A DNA stretch of 64,000 nucleotides from Ginglymostoma cirratum (Eukaryota), in NCBI GenBank assembly GCA_024137785.1, contig JAHRHZ010000109.1, positions 1,159,659-1,223,658 of the forward strand. The letters run 5' to 3'. This document shows positions 1 to 12,894 of this stretch, piece by piece; positions within the stretch are counted from its first letter, which is position 1; every line of letters starts with the position of its first letter. The notes beneath the pieces were generated by a model. It was not told the DNA's origin and did no database searches. It was given only the letters and a program-made list of their open reading frames with translations. Position numbers and translations under genes: made by a program.

Positions 1-862
1 GATTATCTCCATGTGTCAGTCGTTACCTGGTTGCCATGGGAGTGGCGGATCTACTGGTCATCATCCTGGACCTGATATTGAGACAGATTCCGATTGTTTT
101 TCAGGAACAGTTTCATTTCCTGAAGACCATCCCCATGTGTAATATACATGCCGTCCTGCTTTCTGCAGCCACCGACGGTTCTGTCCGGTTCACCATTACT
201 TTCACCATTGATCGACTTGTGGCCATTTGTTGCCAGAAGCTGAAAAGTAAATATTGCAGTGAGAAAACGGCGGCTGTGGTTCTGGGAACAGTGACTGCGC
301 TGAGCTGTTTAAAGAACATTTTCTGGTATTTTATGCTCACAGCTCGCTATCGGTGCTGAACGACCCCTGGTTTTGTGATGTAACAGCCGATGTTGCATTC
401 TCTCTTGTCTGGGTCACAATCGAGTTCCTCAACCACATTCTAAATCCGAATCTCCCATTTCTTCTGATTCTGCTGCTCAATGTTTTCACCCTCAGACACA
501 TTTTAGTGACCAGCAGAGCCCGCAGGAGACTCCGGGCTCGCACCAGTGGGGATGCTCAGAGTGACACAGAAATGCAAAATCGAAAAAAATCCATCATTTT
601 ACTATTTGTGATCTCGGCCAATTTCATCCTGTTATGGTCAACGCTAATGCTATATTCTGTATCGCACCGGATGAATAATATTGGGTATATTTCTGTGTAC
701 CTAGATTACTCTGTGCTGGAATTAGGCTTCAAGATTCAGCTCCTCAGTTGCTGCACAAATACCACGATTTGTGCCGTGAGCCAGACTAAGTTCAGGCAGC
801 ACCTGAAGAATGTGCTGAAATACCCCTTCATCCAAATTCAGTCAATCAAATTCACTTATTAA
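1..862 (+). pseudogene. GPR139/GPR142-like class A GPCR, frameshifted near 340-360, 5' end outside window
   Basis: ORF 36-359 has TM2 (MGVADLLVII), a TM3 DRY-like motif (FTIDRLVAICC) and TM4 (KTAAVVLGTV). ORF 353-862, in another frame, continues with TM5 (PFLLILLLNVFT), ICL3 (RARRRLR..EMQNRKKSIILL), TM6, TM7 (LLSCCTNTTI) and helix 8 (QTKFRQHLKNVLKYPF). Family assigned from motif recognition. Confidence 0.8.
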
Positions 863-1249
863 ACAATCCATCCAGCATTTTCTCATTTCAGTTCAATGTT
901 TCAGCAATGAAGCGGCCTGTTGCTATGGTAACAGATTGCGGGTAGTCCGAGTTTGTCCAACCTTGTCACACAGGTTACAAAAACACATTTTAAATTTTCT
1001 CTCAACTCAGGGGCTTGTGACGAAAAAGGCACCATTCCACTAACTAGACATAAAAACTGCATTTTGTATATATAATAAAAAGGTTCATTTTTAAAAATTG
1101 CCAAGCAGCCGAGTTAACAATACTTTGTTTGTTTATTTGTCGAAGAAGCTTAGCTGGTGAGAGACAGACCAAGTCCCAAGTCTGGATCCTCTGGGAAGGG
1201 AAGGGGACAGGCTTCGAGCTCAGGAGTTGGGTTTAAGTCACTCTGTCTT

Positions 1250-1700
1250 TGTTTTCACCTCTGGTGACACTGATTATAACCCCTCGCTTCATATCTGCCT
1301 CCCACTCATTCTGCCCCAAACTGGAACTTCCCTCTTTTTCCTCGAACAATCTCCCTCTAATTTTGTCACTGTCTTTCATTGTCTCTCTCACTCTCATTCT
1401 CATTCAAACTGCTTCCCTCCCGCGATCTCTATCTATCTAGCACCCTCCCTTTCTCACAAATTCCTGACTCTCTCCAAACCTCTTTCCCTCTGACTTTCCT
1501 TCCTATCTTTCCTCTCCGTAATTTTTCTGTCATTCTCCCTCCCTCAATCTGTCTCCATCTCTTTTCATCCCTTCCCTTTTTTCTGCTTTTTGTATCTTTC
1601 CCTCCTCTTCCAACACACTCTATCCATTCTCGCTTCCTCTCGATTTCATTTTCTGCTCCTTCCCTCTCCCTGCCCCTCAGTCATACTGACACACCTCTCA
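1250..1700. repeat. Low-complexity polypyrimidine (CT-rich) tract
   Basis: Strong C/T bias on the + strand, which explains the S/L/F/P-rich spurious ORFs. Confidence 0.8.
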
Positions 1701-2119
1701 CAGCCCTGTGGGATGGGAATCCGACCCTGTCTTCTGGATGGTGTTACTTCAGGGGAGCAAGCTCCTCTGTAGAAAGGACGGAGCCTTGTATTCCACTTGA
1801 CTCACTCACTGGCTCATAGCCTGGTGCCCCACAACCTCCAGTAAATCAGAGCCTGTTTACACATCATGGACAATGGGATATCCCGTTACTTAGTTCGGCC
1901 AGATAAAGGCCTTTGGCCCAAATGGTATCGCACTTTGACAGACGGAAGACGAACCTTCGTCTGTGCAAATAGGAGATACTGGCCAGCTGGATTTGGTGAC
2001 CATTAGAGTGCCATTTAGTGGGCGAGATGGTAAACGTCGTGGGCTAAATGGCTTGCTTTGTCAGATCAGATAAGGGCCTTAGACAACTGGAAAGGTGTCT
2101 ATAGAGGTCATGATTCAAA

Positions 2120-2225
2120 GTGGGTCGGCTTTATTGCCCATCCCGAGTTCCTCTCGAGAAAGTGGTGATGAGACGTCTTCTTGAACCACTGCAGTTCATG
2201 CAGATGCCAATAGGCCATTGCTCAA
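2120..2225 (-). mobile_element. Short interspersed repeat fragment
   Basis: tttattgcccatcc...gtggtgatgag..cttcttgaaccactgcag resembles the repeat end at about 50120-50350. Confidence 0.45.
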
Positions 2226-2319
2226 GTAGAAGTCTGCCACTGGATCTACAGGCCGTTCCCCAGAGAAAAATGTGGATGATCAATCATTAGCATTGCTAGA
2301 GAAAGACAGTCAGATTTGG

Positions 2320-3035
2320 ACAGCAGGCTGTTGGCTCAGAAGCATAGTGAGGTTGTGGCTAGCAGGCCAATTATTGGGAATAGTGTGGAAGCTTAATTTC
2401 TGTGGCGAGAGAGGTGAGAGCCCAAGACAGGGCAGCCGAGAAGGTAAGGTTCCCGTGTAAAAAAAAAACTAGCCTTTTGAGTCGGCGGCCTTCTTAATTG
2501 CCAGGGGGTAGCTGGGAAACGAAAAAATGTATTCGGGCATTGACTAAGCCCAAAACATTGCACGTGTAGTGTCTCCCACGAATCCTCCTCCTTTCAGCAA
2601 AAACAAGACTGTGTTGAGGGTCGGTAAGGGAAGTTTCTTTACCCTTTATTCTTTTGGCAATCTAGAGTAGACGGGATGGGAGCTAGCATATTTGCTTGCT
2701 CCTCTTGTAGGATGTGGGAGGTAAGGGAGGCTACCCATGTCCCTTCTGACTTCACCTGCGAGATGTGCACCCAACTCCAGCTCCTCACTGACCTCATTAG
2801 TGAGCTGGAGCTGGATGAACTCCTGATCATTCGGGAGGCTGAGGGAATGATAGATAGAAGTTATAGGGAGGTTGTCACACCCAAGTTACAGGATAAAGGC
2901 AGCTGGGTGACCGTCAGGAGAGGGAAAGGAAATAGGCAGACAGTACAGGGATCCCCTGTGGACGTTCCCTTCAATAATAAGTATACTGCTTTGGATACTG
3001 TTGTGGAGACGGAACGACCTACCGGGGAAAGCCAT
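2320..3035 (+). mobile_element. CR1 LINE 5' region / ORF1 fragment
   Basis: ORF 2676 encodes CSSCRMWEV...FTCEMCTQLQLL..ISELELDEL...SWVTVRRGKG...FNNKYTALD, a CxxC...CxxC finger plus coiled coil typical of vertebrate CR1 ORF1p. It is truncated. Confidence 0.8.
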
Positions 3036-3509
3036 AGCAGCCATACAATTTTACGCGAATATATTCTCCGAGGTGATGACTTTGTCCCTTCAGACCCTCA
3101 CTCTCAGATATTTGCGTTTGATACATCAGAATTTAAGCTCACCTCTTGGAGAATTCTTTCTCTTCCACAATCACTAACTCTCCATTCCGGCCCTCCTCCC
3201 ACTTCACTAAGGCACTGCACAATCGGACACTCATTTTCATATTAACATCGTTCAGTCTGCCCTGTTTTGGTCAATGATGCTGGGTGGATGTGTCCCAGTT
3301 TCACCACTGGGACCTTCAAGCCAGTCGATCCATTTAGGTCCCGCGGTCGTGAAATAAAATGGCATGCAGCAGGTTTTACTGACGTGGACCAGTGATTATA
3401 AAGAGCATCAGACCCAGGTAAAAGGGCACAGGGCAATATTGGTCAAAAGAGACTCCGTTGGAAAAGACCATTTTCTGTGGATTTCTGAGTCATTTTTTTA
3501 ATTTGTTCA

Positions 3510-4040
3510 TTCGGCTATAGCTAGAATGTTGTGTGCAGTCCTGTAATACCCATGGGAGCAGGGATGTGATAGCACTGGAAACGATGCAGAAGAGATGTAC
3601 CGGGATATGGTCTGGGCTGAAGAGTTTCCGTTATGAAAAGAGATTGGACAGACTGGAGTTGTTTTATTTAGAGCAGAGCAGATTTACAGGAGACAAGATT
3701 GAGATGTGCAAAATAAGAAGAGATTTTCATTGGATAGACTGAAATAAATGTATCCTCTTGATGGAAGGGTCGATCACAGGGGGGAATAGCTTTAAAGTTA
3801 GATGTAGGAAGGTTGGAGGAGATGGGTGTAAAAACCTTTTCAACCAATGTGTGTGTTTAATCTGCAAACCACTGCCAGTAAGTGTCCTAGAGTCAGATAC
3901 CGTAATAACTTTAAGAAGCATTCGGATATGAATTCGTGATGCTAAGGCATACAAAGCTATGGGCCAAGCGATGGACAATAGAATTCGAATAGTGAAGCAG
4001 TTTTAATTGACTAGTGCACTCATAAAGGACTCAAGGTGGA
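3510..4040 (+). mobile_element. CR1 LINE 3' fragment, decayed
   Basis: Translates as RDVIALETMQKRCT..GLKSFRYEKRLDRLELFYLEQSR, the CR1 ORF2 C-terminus. Confidence 0.8.
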
Positions 4041-4056
4041 GTGCACTTATCTGCCG

Positions 4057-4128
4057 TCTTTGGTCGTATAGTGGTTAGTATCCCCGCCTGTCATGCAGGA
4101 AGCCAGGGTTCCATTCGCTGTTATGAAG
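4057..4128 (+). pseudogene. tRNA-Asp(GTC) pseudogene
   Basis: gtatagtggttagtatccccgcctGTCatgcagga..gggttccatt matches the Asp-GTC body. The B-box and acceptor stem are damaged. Confidence 0.75.
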
Positions 4129-4164
4129 GCTCTGAACATTTTTGGAAACTTTCAGCAAAAGGGA

Positions 4165-4520
4165 CTCAGCCTCGATTCTCCCTCAGGAGACGTCTGTGTG
4201 GAATTTGTGCCTTCTCCCCTCTCTCTGTTTTGGGGTTTCCTCCCACAGACGAAACACATGCAGGTGAGGTGAATTGGCTGTGGGAAATTTCCCCGTCGTT
4301 TGTAAACTAGATAGTCCATCTGTGGTAAATGCAGGTTTACGAAAAGCTCTTGTAGGGTCTGAGGAAGGGTCACCGGTCCCGACACCTTAACTTTTTTCTG
4401 CACAGATGCTGCCAGTCCTGCTGAGCTTTTCCAGGAACTTTGCTTTTCTTTGAGGATGGATGCAGCTTCAATGGGGCGGGAGGTTCTCAGTCTATATGGT
4501 AGGGTTTCTATGATGTTATG
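4165..4520 (+). mobile_element. HE1/V-SINE-like fragment interrupted by a short repeat (~4345-4450)
   Basis: gtctgtgtggaatttg..ttctcccc..ggtttcctcccaca..gtgaattggctgtgggaaatt is a V-domain-like core, followed by an insert containing cacagatgctgccag..ctgctgagcttttccag. Confidence 0.65.
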
Positions 4521-5879
4521 CGTTTTTGTCTCATTTAGGATATTGAAATTGTCTTCACCAAAATGTACAGCTCCTTAATATCTGTTCAGAAGAGAGGTGG
4601 TCACAATACAACTCCATGGAACAACGCTGTGCATTGTCCTAGAGCCTGGAAAACAATTCCACACAGACAATTCTGCATCCCAGCTGTCACGGTGCTTTTC
4701 ATTCCATGACATGACCCACACCGCACCAACTGTCATCATCATTTCTACGTTAAAGAATACACAGATATTTACATATATCTCTCAAAGATGAGCGAAATTA
4801 GTGTCAGTACACCTCGCTAATCGGATACGAAATTGCATCAAGAAACAACAGGTTATTGTTGCTCGGTGTTTTTGTCACGGGTAGCTTGTTTCCAGGTACG
4901 GTGCGAGATCCCAAGATATCTGTGATTGGAATATGGACGTTGAAGCAGGAATTTGCCAATCTGTTCTTACAGTCTGCTCCATTATTCAATATGATTATGG
5001 AGATCACCCAATTTAGTACCCTGTTTCAATGTTCACTCCATATCCGTTTGTCCTTCGGGCCCGATGAACAATAACTAACAGTTTCTTGTAAAAATAATCA
5101 ATGTTTTAGCTTCAAATGCTATCTGCAGCAGAGAATCCTTCAGGCTTGTAGCCCTCTGGGTGGTGATTTTCCCCTTACCCCAGTCCTAATTCGCTTACAG
5201 GTTATTGTAAAGTGTGATCTCTGGTTATGGACTCTCCAGTGATCGTGAACATGCATCCTTTGTTTACCTTGCCCAGTTCTGTTGGTTTTTTTAGGTTGTC
5301 GTGAAATTCCCCTCATTGGCCTACAGATATGTCTAATGATGTGTGAATCAATATCGGAAGCATGATTAAGAAGTTTGCAGGCGACATGATACTTGTTAAC
5401 TTCATTGTGTATGAAGAGGGATGATGCAGAGTGCAGGAAGATATCAATAGACTGGTCATGTGAGCAGAAAAATGACGAATGGAATTCAACCCGGGAAAGA
5501 ATGATATATTTGAAGAAGTCCAACAAGGCAATGGAATGCGCAATTAAAGAGAGAATACCGAGTGTTGTATGGGAAGTTTTGAAAATGGATATAAACGAAC
5601 TGAGTCAGAAAGACTTGGGGGACAAGGACAAACACTTTTTTTTTCAGCTAGGAGGTGATAATTATATGGACCTCACTGCCTGAAATATAGAACAGACAGA
5701 AACACTGAATTCATTTAAAACCTCCCTGGATTTTCCACTCATGTTCAACAATTGCATGTCTACAGCTGCAATTCTGGAAGGTGGGCTTAAGTAAGGGTTC
5801 CGTTTCTCCTTCAACACTAATACACTGGACAGCTACAACTTTCTGTTCTACATGTTCTACAAAATTTTCGGATATAATT

Positions 5880-6157
5880 ACTTGGGTTCGAGTCCACCCT
5901 CAGGCGACTGCCCATGTGGAGTTTGTACATTCTCCCCGTGTCTGCGTGGGTTTCCTTCGGGTGGTCCAATTTCCTCCTTCAGTCCAAAGATGTGTCAGCT
6001 GGGTGGATTGGCCATACAAAATTGCCTGTAGTGTGCAGGGATGTGTGGATTAGGTGGGTTTATAGGGGGATGGGTTTGGGTGGGATGCTGTGATGTTCGG
6101 TGTGGACGAAGTTGGGCCGAAAGGCCTGTTTCCACACAGATTGGATTCTATGATTCA
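5880..6157 (+). mobile_element. HE1-type V-SINE, 5' truncated
   Basis: gggttcgagtcc..ggcgactg..tgtggagtttgtacattctccccgtgtctgcgtgggtttcc..gtccaaagatgtg..ggattggccat; ends gggccgaaaggcctgtttcc..ggattctatgattc (CR1-like tail). Confidence 0.85.
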
Positions 6158-7641
6158 TGTCAGAGAGAAGGCACCATTACATAACTGATCATTTTATGAT
6201 ATCAGTGAGTTGATGGTTCTCTCAACAGGTTTGACGACCTGTCATTGTGCATCTCCTGACCATAAGTTGTTGCTGTTGTGTGGAATGAACATGTGAATAT
6301 TTGTCTCCTTCAGCGAGCTTTCACTAAACAGCGAGCAAGCGCATTCATTGTGCAGTGTGTGCGCGCTAGGCCCATTAACGCTGTTTTGGCCCTGTGCAGT
6401 TCATATTTTCTCCAAGGATCCACTATACCGGAAACTCTTGTATCCTGACCTGCCAGTTTAATTTGTTTCCTCGACAGTGATTTCCCACAAACTAACAGTA
6501 AGCCCTTCAATCTAAATACCATCTCTCAAACTGTTTCTATTCCTCATGAGTGTTGTGACACTGTCAGGTTGTGCAGACAGGAGCAGCTTCCCACTCAAAT
6601 TCTCTGAATCAAATGCAAAGCACTGCCTGCCAGAGGAAGTAACTGGGTAAATACATCCGGGAACGGGCAAACACCGACTAAAAAGAGAAAGGGCGCAAAC
6701 AGCAGGCTCATAGGAGCACGGAGACAGTAAGGGAAAAGGTTGTTATTGAAACTGTTTGGTGTCTTTTCTCCCCAAGCAATGGGGAATTGGTTTACTTTAG
6801 GAAGATCTGCAGCAAATTTGTGATTCAGACCATTATAGTGATGATGCCTCAAATTGTGGGCACACCCCGGCTGCTTGCCTTCATTTTGACAAACACTCCG
6901 ATCAGATTTTCGAAAAAGGCTGCACTCAATGATGTCGGTCAGTTCCAGGAAATTCCATTTTTGTTCGTAAAGTTGTTGGAAAAGCTCAGCATGTCTGGCA
7001 GCATCTGTGAAAAAAAAAACATCGGAGTTCACGTTTCAAGTCCAGTGATGCTTCCGCAGAACTTGATACAACCCTTGTTAACTCTGGGAGAGGCTTATTT
7101 CTTAGATTCAATGCAGACGCTTGAGGCAAGGCCAGGGAAATTCATTCCATTGGCAGTCGTGGGACAAGTGGTGATAGACATCAGGCAAAATAATTTTGAA
7201 TAGATTCTTTCGATTTGAAACACTAACTTTGCTTCTCTACCAGATTATGCCAGGTCAGCTTTAGCTTGTACAGACATTCTTTTTCCTGTTATTTTCATAA
7301 GTTGGTGAGGAGCAGTGAGCCCTGATCCGTTTGCTGCTCTGGTCAAAGTTGCGATGATGAGTCCGGTTAGTAATTGCTTACACTGTTGCTTTTGAATGTG
7401 ACATTGTGCAGTGGACATTTATTGTTTTGTGGCTGCACGTTGGCAAATTGCGTGAAAATGCAGCATCTCCGTTGCGGGGTGAATCAGATCAAATGAAAGT
7501 GCTCCAATTGCTGTCTGTGGCGCAGCAACGAAAATACTCAGTAACATACTTCATCTGTGTGCCAATGGCGAAGAGCAAAAGTAGACACTGCATCATAAGT
7601 CTACAAAGAGAACACAAAGTGTGCACAAAGCAAAATGGGCT

Positions 7642-7715
7642 TGACCAGAATGGCAAACAAACCCATGATCTTAGCGTTACCAGCAACACGCGCTTACTAG
7701 CTGAGCTAACTGACC
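7642..7715 (-). pseudogene. tRNA-Ile(AAT)-type pseudogene (anticodon now GGT)
   Basis: Reverse complement ggtcagttagctcagctagtaagcgcgtgttgctGGTaacgctaagatcatgggtttg.. aligns to the Ile-AAT body. B-box broken. Confidence 0.75.
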
Positions 7716-8756
7716 ACAACACGGAAGGTACCCTTGAGTAACCTCACCTCTTTATCCATGTCAATCACGGCATTGTCTGCAACCACATTTCAGCCTTTAA
7801 CATTGATCAGTTCATAGTCAATGGTAGAATCGCACATATTCGAAATAACCGTTTGACCTGCAGTCCAAATTGCTTACAAATAGCCAAAACAAGCAATTTC
7901 AGGCACAAAGCCACTAACCCGCTTCATGCATGTGGTTTTCATCGCTGTGTTGAGAAGCACTTCAGATTCTACAGACGCACGCTGTGTTTCTTCAAGCTCG
8001 CTCACAGACATTTTTACTCGTGAGAATCTGCTGAGGTACTTGTCACAAAGTTCATGCCAAATAGATTTCAATTGAAACTGGTGAGCCAGACAGTCTCGGC
8101 TCCAGAACGGTAAAATTTCTTTGTCAGTAAAAACCAAAAGAACTGCGATGCTGTCATTCACAGACAAAAACACAAGTTGCTGGAAAATAACATCAGTTGT
8201 GGCAGTATGGGTTGCGAAAAATAAAATCGGAGTTAACGTTTCAAGTCCAGCGATGCCTCCGCAGAATGTGCTACAAGCTTGTTAACTCCGGAAGAGGCTT
8301 ATTTGTTTTTAATCAGACGTTTGAGGTCTGACCAGAAACACTAACTCTGCTCCTCGTCCAGGTGATGCCAGGTCTGATTATTTTCTGCAGCATTTTTTTC
8401 CTGTTATTTTCATAAGTTGGTTAGGAGCAGTGAGCCCTGAGCCGTTTGCTGCACTGGTCAACGTTGCGATCATGGGTCCCATTTGACGTTGCTTACACTG
8501 TCGCTTTTGAATGTGACATTGTGCAATGGAGGTTTACTGTCTTGTGGTTGCACATTGGCAATTTGTATGAAAATGCAGCATCTCAGCTGTGGGGTGTATC
8601 CGAACAACAGAAACTGCTCCGATCGCAATCTGCGGCGCAGCAGCGAAAATACTCAGGAACATACCGCACTTGCGCGCCAATGCAGATAAGCGAAAGCAGG
8701 CACTGCCCCACAAGGCTCTAATGAGAGCATAAAGGATGGTCAAAGCAACATGCACT

Positions 8757-8830
8757 CAATCAGGATGCCGATCAAACCCATGTCCTTGGCATTATTAGCA
8801 CCTTTCTCTAACTTGCTGAGCTAGCCAACC
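8757..8830 (-). pseudogene. tRNA-Ile(AAT) pseudogene
   Basis: Reverse complement ggttggctagctcagcaagttagagaaaggtgctAATaatgccaaggacatgggtttgatc. Confidence 0.8.
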
Positions 8831-9966
8831 ACAATGGCGCACTGCGCCCTTGAGTAACCTTATCTCTTTACCCATGACGATCACAGCATTGGCTGCCTCT
8901 ACATTTCTGACTTTAACATTGATCAGTTCATAGCCAATGGTAGAATCGCACACATTCGTGTTAACCTTTTGAAATGCAATTCAAATTGTCTGCAACAACC
9001 CGAAACAAGCAAATTCAGGCACAAAGCCACCAACCCGCTTTATGTATGGCGTATTGATCATTGTGCTGAGAAACATCTCAGATTCTACAGACGCATGCTA
9101 TGTTTCTTCAAGCTCGCTCACAGACGTTCTTACTCGTGTTGAGACTCTGCTGAGGTACTTGTCACGAAGCACATACCAAATAAATTTCAATTGAAACTGG
9201 TGAGCTAGATTATTTGGGTTCCCGAATGGTAAAATTTCTTTGTCAGTAAAAATGGAAAGAACTGCGATACTGTTTTTCACGGACAAAAACACAAGTTGTT
9301 CGAATATCGCATCACTCCTGGAAGCATGTGTTGAGAAAAATAAAATCGGAATTAACGTTTCCAGTCCAGTGACGCTTCCACAGAATTTGATACCACGCTT
9401 GGTAACTCTGGAAGAGGCTTATTTGTTACCTTCAAAACAGACGCTTGAGGCAAGACAAGGGAAGTTGGTTTCACTGGCAGTCGTGGGAAAAGTGGTGATA
9501 GACATCCGACAAAATGAATTTGAATTTTTTTTTCAATTGGAAATACTATCTCTGCTTATCTTCCACATTATGCCAGGTCTGCTTAGTTTCTATGACATTT
9601 TATTCCTGTTATTTTCATAAGTTGGTGAGGAACAGTAAGCCCTGATCCGTTTGCTGCACTGGGCAAAGTTTTGATCATGGGTCCAGTTAGTAATTGTTTA
9701 CACTATCGCTTTTGAATGTGACATTGTGCAGTGGAGGTTTACTGTTTTGTGGCTGCACGTTGGCAAGCTGTGTGGAAATGCAGCATCTCAGTTGCGGGAT
9801 GAATCAGATCAAACATAACTGCTCCTATCGCAATCTGCAGTACAGCAGCGAAAATACCCAGCAATATACCTCACTTGCATGCCGATGGCTAAAGGCAAAA
9901 GTGAAGACTGCACCACAACCCTCCAAGAAGAACAGAAACCATGCACATCACAAGTTTAATGCACTT

Positions 9967-10040
9967 TGTCAGCATCGGGGAGCAAACACATAACCTTGGT
10001 GCTCTTAACATGGCACTTTAAACAGCTGAGCTTACCGACC
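9967..10040 (-). pseudogene. tRNA-Ile-type pseudogene, heavily decayed
   Basis: Reverse complement ggtcggtaagctcagctg...caccaaggttatgtgtttgctcccc, at the same position in the third tandem unit. Confidence 0.65.
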
Positions 10041-10869
10041 TCCACAACTCAGCAGCCTCTTAAGTAAACTAATCTCTTTACTCATGACGACCACGGCATT
10101 GGCAGCCTCCAAATTTCTGTCTTTAACATTGTTCATGCGATAGACAGATGTAATTCGTTCTGTTTCATTTTTTTCCACGAATAATTGTGAATGGTATGAT
10201 CGCACATATTCGAGATAACCGTTTGACTTGCAATACAAATTATCTACAAAGAGCGGAGACAAGCAAAGTTGTGAGCCCACTTCATGTATGTCCGAAGGAG
10301 CACTGTGCTGAGAATGACATCAGATTCTACGGGCGCACGCTATGTTTCTTCAAGCTCACAGACAACTTTACTCATACTGATACTCTGCTGAGTTACTTGC
10401 TACTAAACTCATGCCAAATAGATTTGAATTAAAGCTTGTGAGCCGGATTGTTCCCACTTTTCAAAGAGAAAGATTATTTGTCGTCAGCAGCATCTCAGAT
10501 CTGTTTTTCGTTTTGTAAAAAGACATATTGCTTATGCAATGTTTGTTTGAATGCATTTATTAGCAAGTTATCACACCTTCCCGGCCCGTTGGTTAAACAC
10601 ATACGAGCTGAAAAATTATTGCTTCAGATTGCATGTTACGTCGTATTACTGAAACGCCAAGTTATTGATGGAAATGTTCCTGTCGGCATCAAAGAAGAGG
10701 AAAATATTGATACGTGTGTTGTTACTTCCAAGAGCGGCTTATTTGTTACCTTCAAGGTAGATGTTTGAGGAGAGACCAGGGAAATTAGTCCTACTTTTCG
10801 CTCACGCAAAAAGTGGTGATAGACATCTGGCAAATTGTTTTTAAAAAGACACTGCTGAAGCCTGTTCTC

Positions 10870-11410
10870 GCATTCTGTTTAGAGTTCTGTTCGCCTAGGT
10901 AGAAGAAGGTTTTTTTTAAGCTGGATAAGGTTCAGAAGATGCCATGATGCGTTGCATGGAAAGTTTCAGGTGTACAGAGAGGTTGCATAGGCTGTGACGT
11001 TTTTCACTCGAGCGTGGGAAATTGAGAGATGACCTTATAGCACTTTATAAATAACGAGAGCTGTGGACGGTGTTAATTGTGGGTTTTTATTTCCTCCTGT
11101 GATGGGAGATTTCAAGACGATGGAACACATTTCTTAGTAGAGATGAGAGATATTTTAAAAAGATTTGAGAAGGGAAATATTTTACACAGAGTGGCTTGCG
11201 TGTAGAATGAACTTCTTGAGGAAGTGAGGGATACGGGTACAATTGCAACTTTTAGGGCATTGGACAAGTACAAGAATAGGAAACGCATGGGTGAATATGG
11301 ACCAGGAGCTGGCAGGTGGAACTATTTTAGTTTAGGATTCTATTCAGCATGGAATGAATGGACTGAAGGGTCTACTTCCGTGCTGTGTGGCTGTTTGACT
11401 CTATGCTCAT
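10870..11410 (+). mobile_element. CR1 LINE 3' fragment, decayed
   Basis: ORF2 C-terminal remnants (ggataagggttcag-like, gagatgaccttatag, ttttacacagagtgg) and a 3' UTR ending ggactgaagggtct..gtgctg..tgactctatg. Confidence 0.7.
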
Positions 11411-12894
11411 GTGTCTTTTAAGGCATTCTGGAATCAGTTTCTCTATTTTGTTTCTGGAAAGTCGTTCAGGACTTAATAACACTCTAAGCGAAAGACACTC
11501 TTCTCGAAAGTTTTCTTCCTCATTCACATTTTAAATCTGGTTGTTAATTTACCCGAAAGAGGGAATTCCCTTCCTATTCAGTCGCTTCAATCCTCACGTT
11601 ATCTGAAAATTCTGCGTTAGTTTACATCTCAATTTTCACTGTTTCTGGTACAGTATTTCCGACATTTCATGACTAAAATCTTTCATTCTTTCCACTGTTC
11701 CGATAAACACACGTCTGTGTTCTTTATAGTGACTTTATGTCTCAGTAAACCCGTCGATATCCTTTTTAATGTCTCTATTTCCCAGTAAACACGCCTGGGG
11801 CCTCTCTGAACTCTTTACATTTTTGTTGAAGAATAAGCATCATGATTGCATACAATGCTCTAAATGATGCTGAATCACAGATATTACAATTGCACTATGA
11901 TCATACTTTTTTATTCAATATAACTTCTCCAGTTTTCAACTCAGCTAACCTAAATGATTATCTAACTGCATGATGAACATCGTCTCTATAGGGGTCAGGT
12001 TTTCTCTATTGGTATACTTTTATAAGGCTTGTAAGGCCAATCCCCGTGACCTGACTGACTCTCAACTGTTTCAAAATGTAACTGAAATTGAACTGCTGCG
12101 GTACAGTCACTTCCAGTATAGACTGGAAAAGGGCAGTAGATTCCTTCACCAAATGTCAAAGTGATTCTGAAATCTACATTTTCAAAATAAAACTGTCCTA
12201 TTTGTTTTGTACAATGTTTCTATGTTAGTGCCCCTTTTGCGCATGACTTCTTGTTTCCCTGTATGGAGTTCTACCAATGATCAATCTGTGAATGGAGACA
12301 TTCTCCTCAACTGTCATTATTCTAAATTACATGGCACATTCAGTGATTTTATTGTTTACTCTTGGAGGACAATCCTCTCATCTCTGTGCTAAATCCAGTG
12401 AACATCCCTGATATGACCTTGAAGGCAAGTATCTCCTTTCCCGGGTAAGGAGATCACCATTGCACCGAACTGTATTTTTGTCCTTATTATCACCAAGACA
12501 AGTGCAGCAAGTCTTTCGTATCCAAATTTTACAATCTGATTCCGGCAAATGTTGTCCCAACAGTTACATTCTTCATTGTCCTTTCTCTGTAAATAGTAGG
12601 CTTTCCTGAATCGTGTACAATGACATTCAAATCTGTCTGACACTGACATTCGCAGTTCTCTCTTTACCATTCCGTCCTGTGTTTTAACATCAAGTACTCT
12701 GTCAATTTATCTTACTTTTCCACCTATTTTAAACAATCTCACTCGCGCTTACGATGTGGAGCTGCAGGTATTAGATGGGCGTGGACAAAGTCAGAAGTCT
12801 CACGACACCGAGGTATAGTTTATTTGAAATCAGAAGCTTTCTCTGCTCCTTCATCATGATAAATTATTAATTTACGAGAACAGTACTTTCAAGA

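Larger units (their letters stand above)
6960..10450. repeat. Three diverged tandem units (~1.1-1.2 kb), each with one tRNA-Ile pseudogene
   Basis: Shared anchors cctgttattttcataagttgg and gcttttgaatgtgacattgtgca recur at about 7285/8400/9605 and 7388/8503/9708. Confidence 0.9.

Noticed and set aside
1227-1819. Hydrophobic/Ser-rich ORFs resembling membrane proteins
   Set aside because: They are a by-product of the polypyrimidine tract and show no domain motifs.
2676-3245. 189-aa zinc-finger-like ORF as a host gene
   Set aside because: The N-terminal ~120 aa are CR1 ORF1p and the rest is read-through into unrelated sequence.
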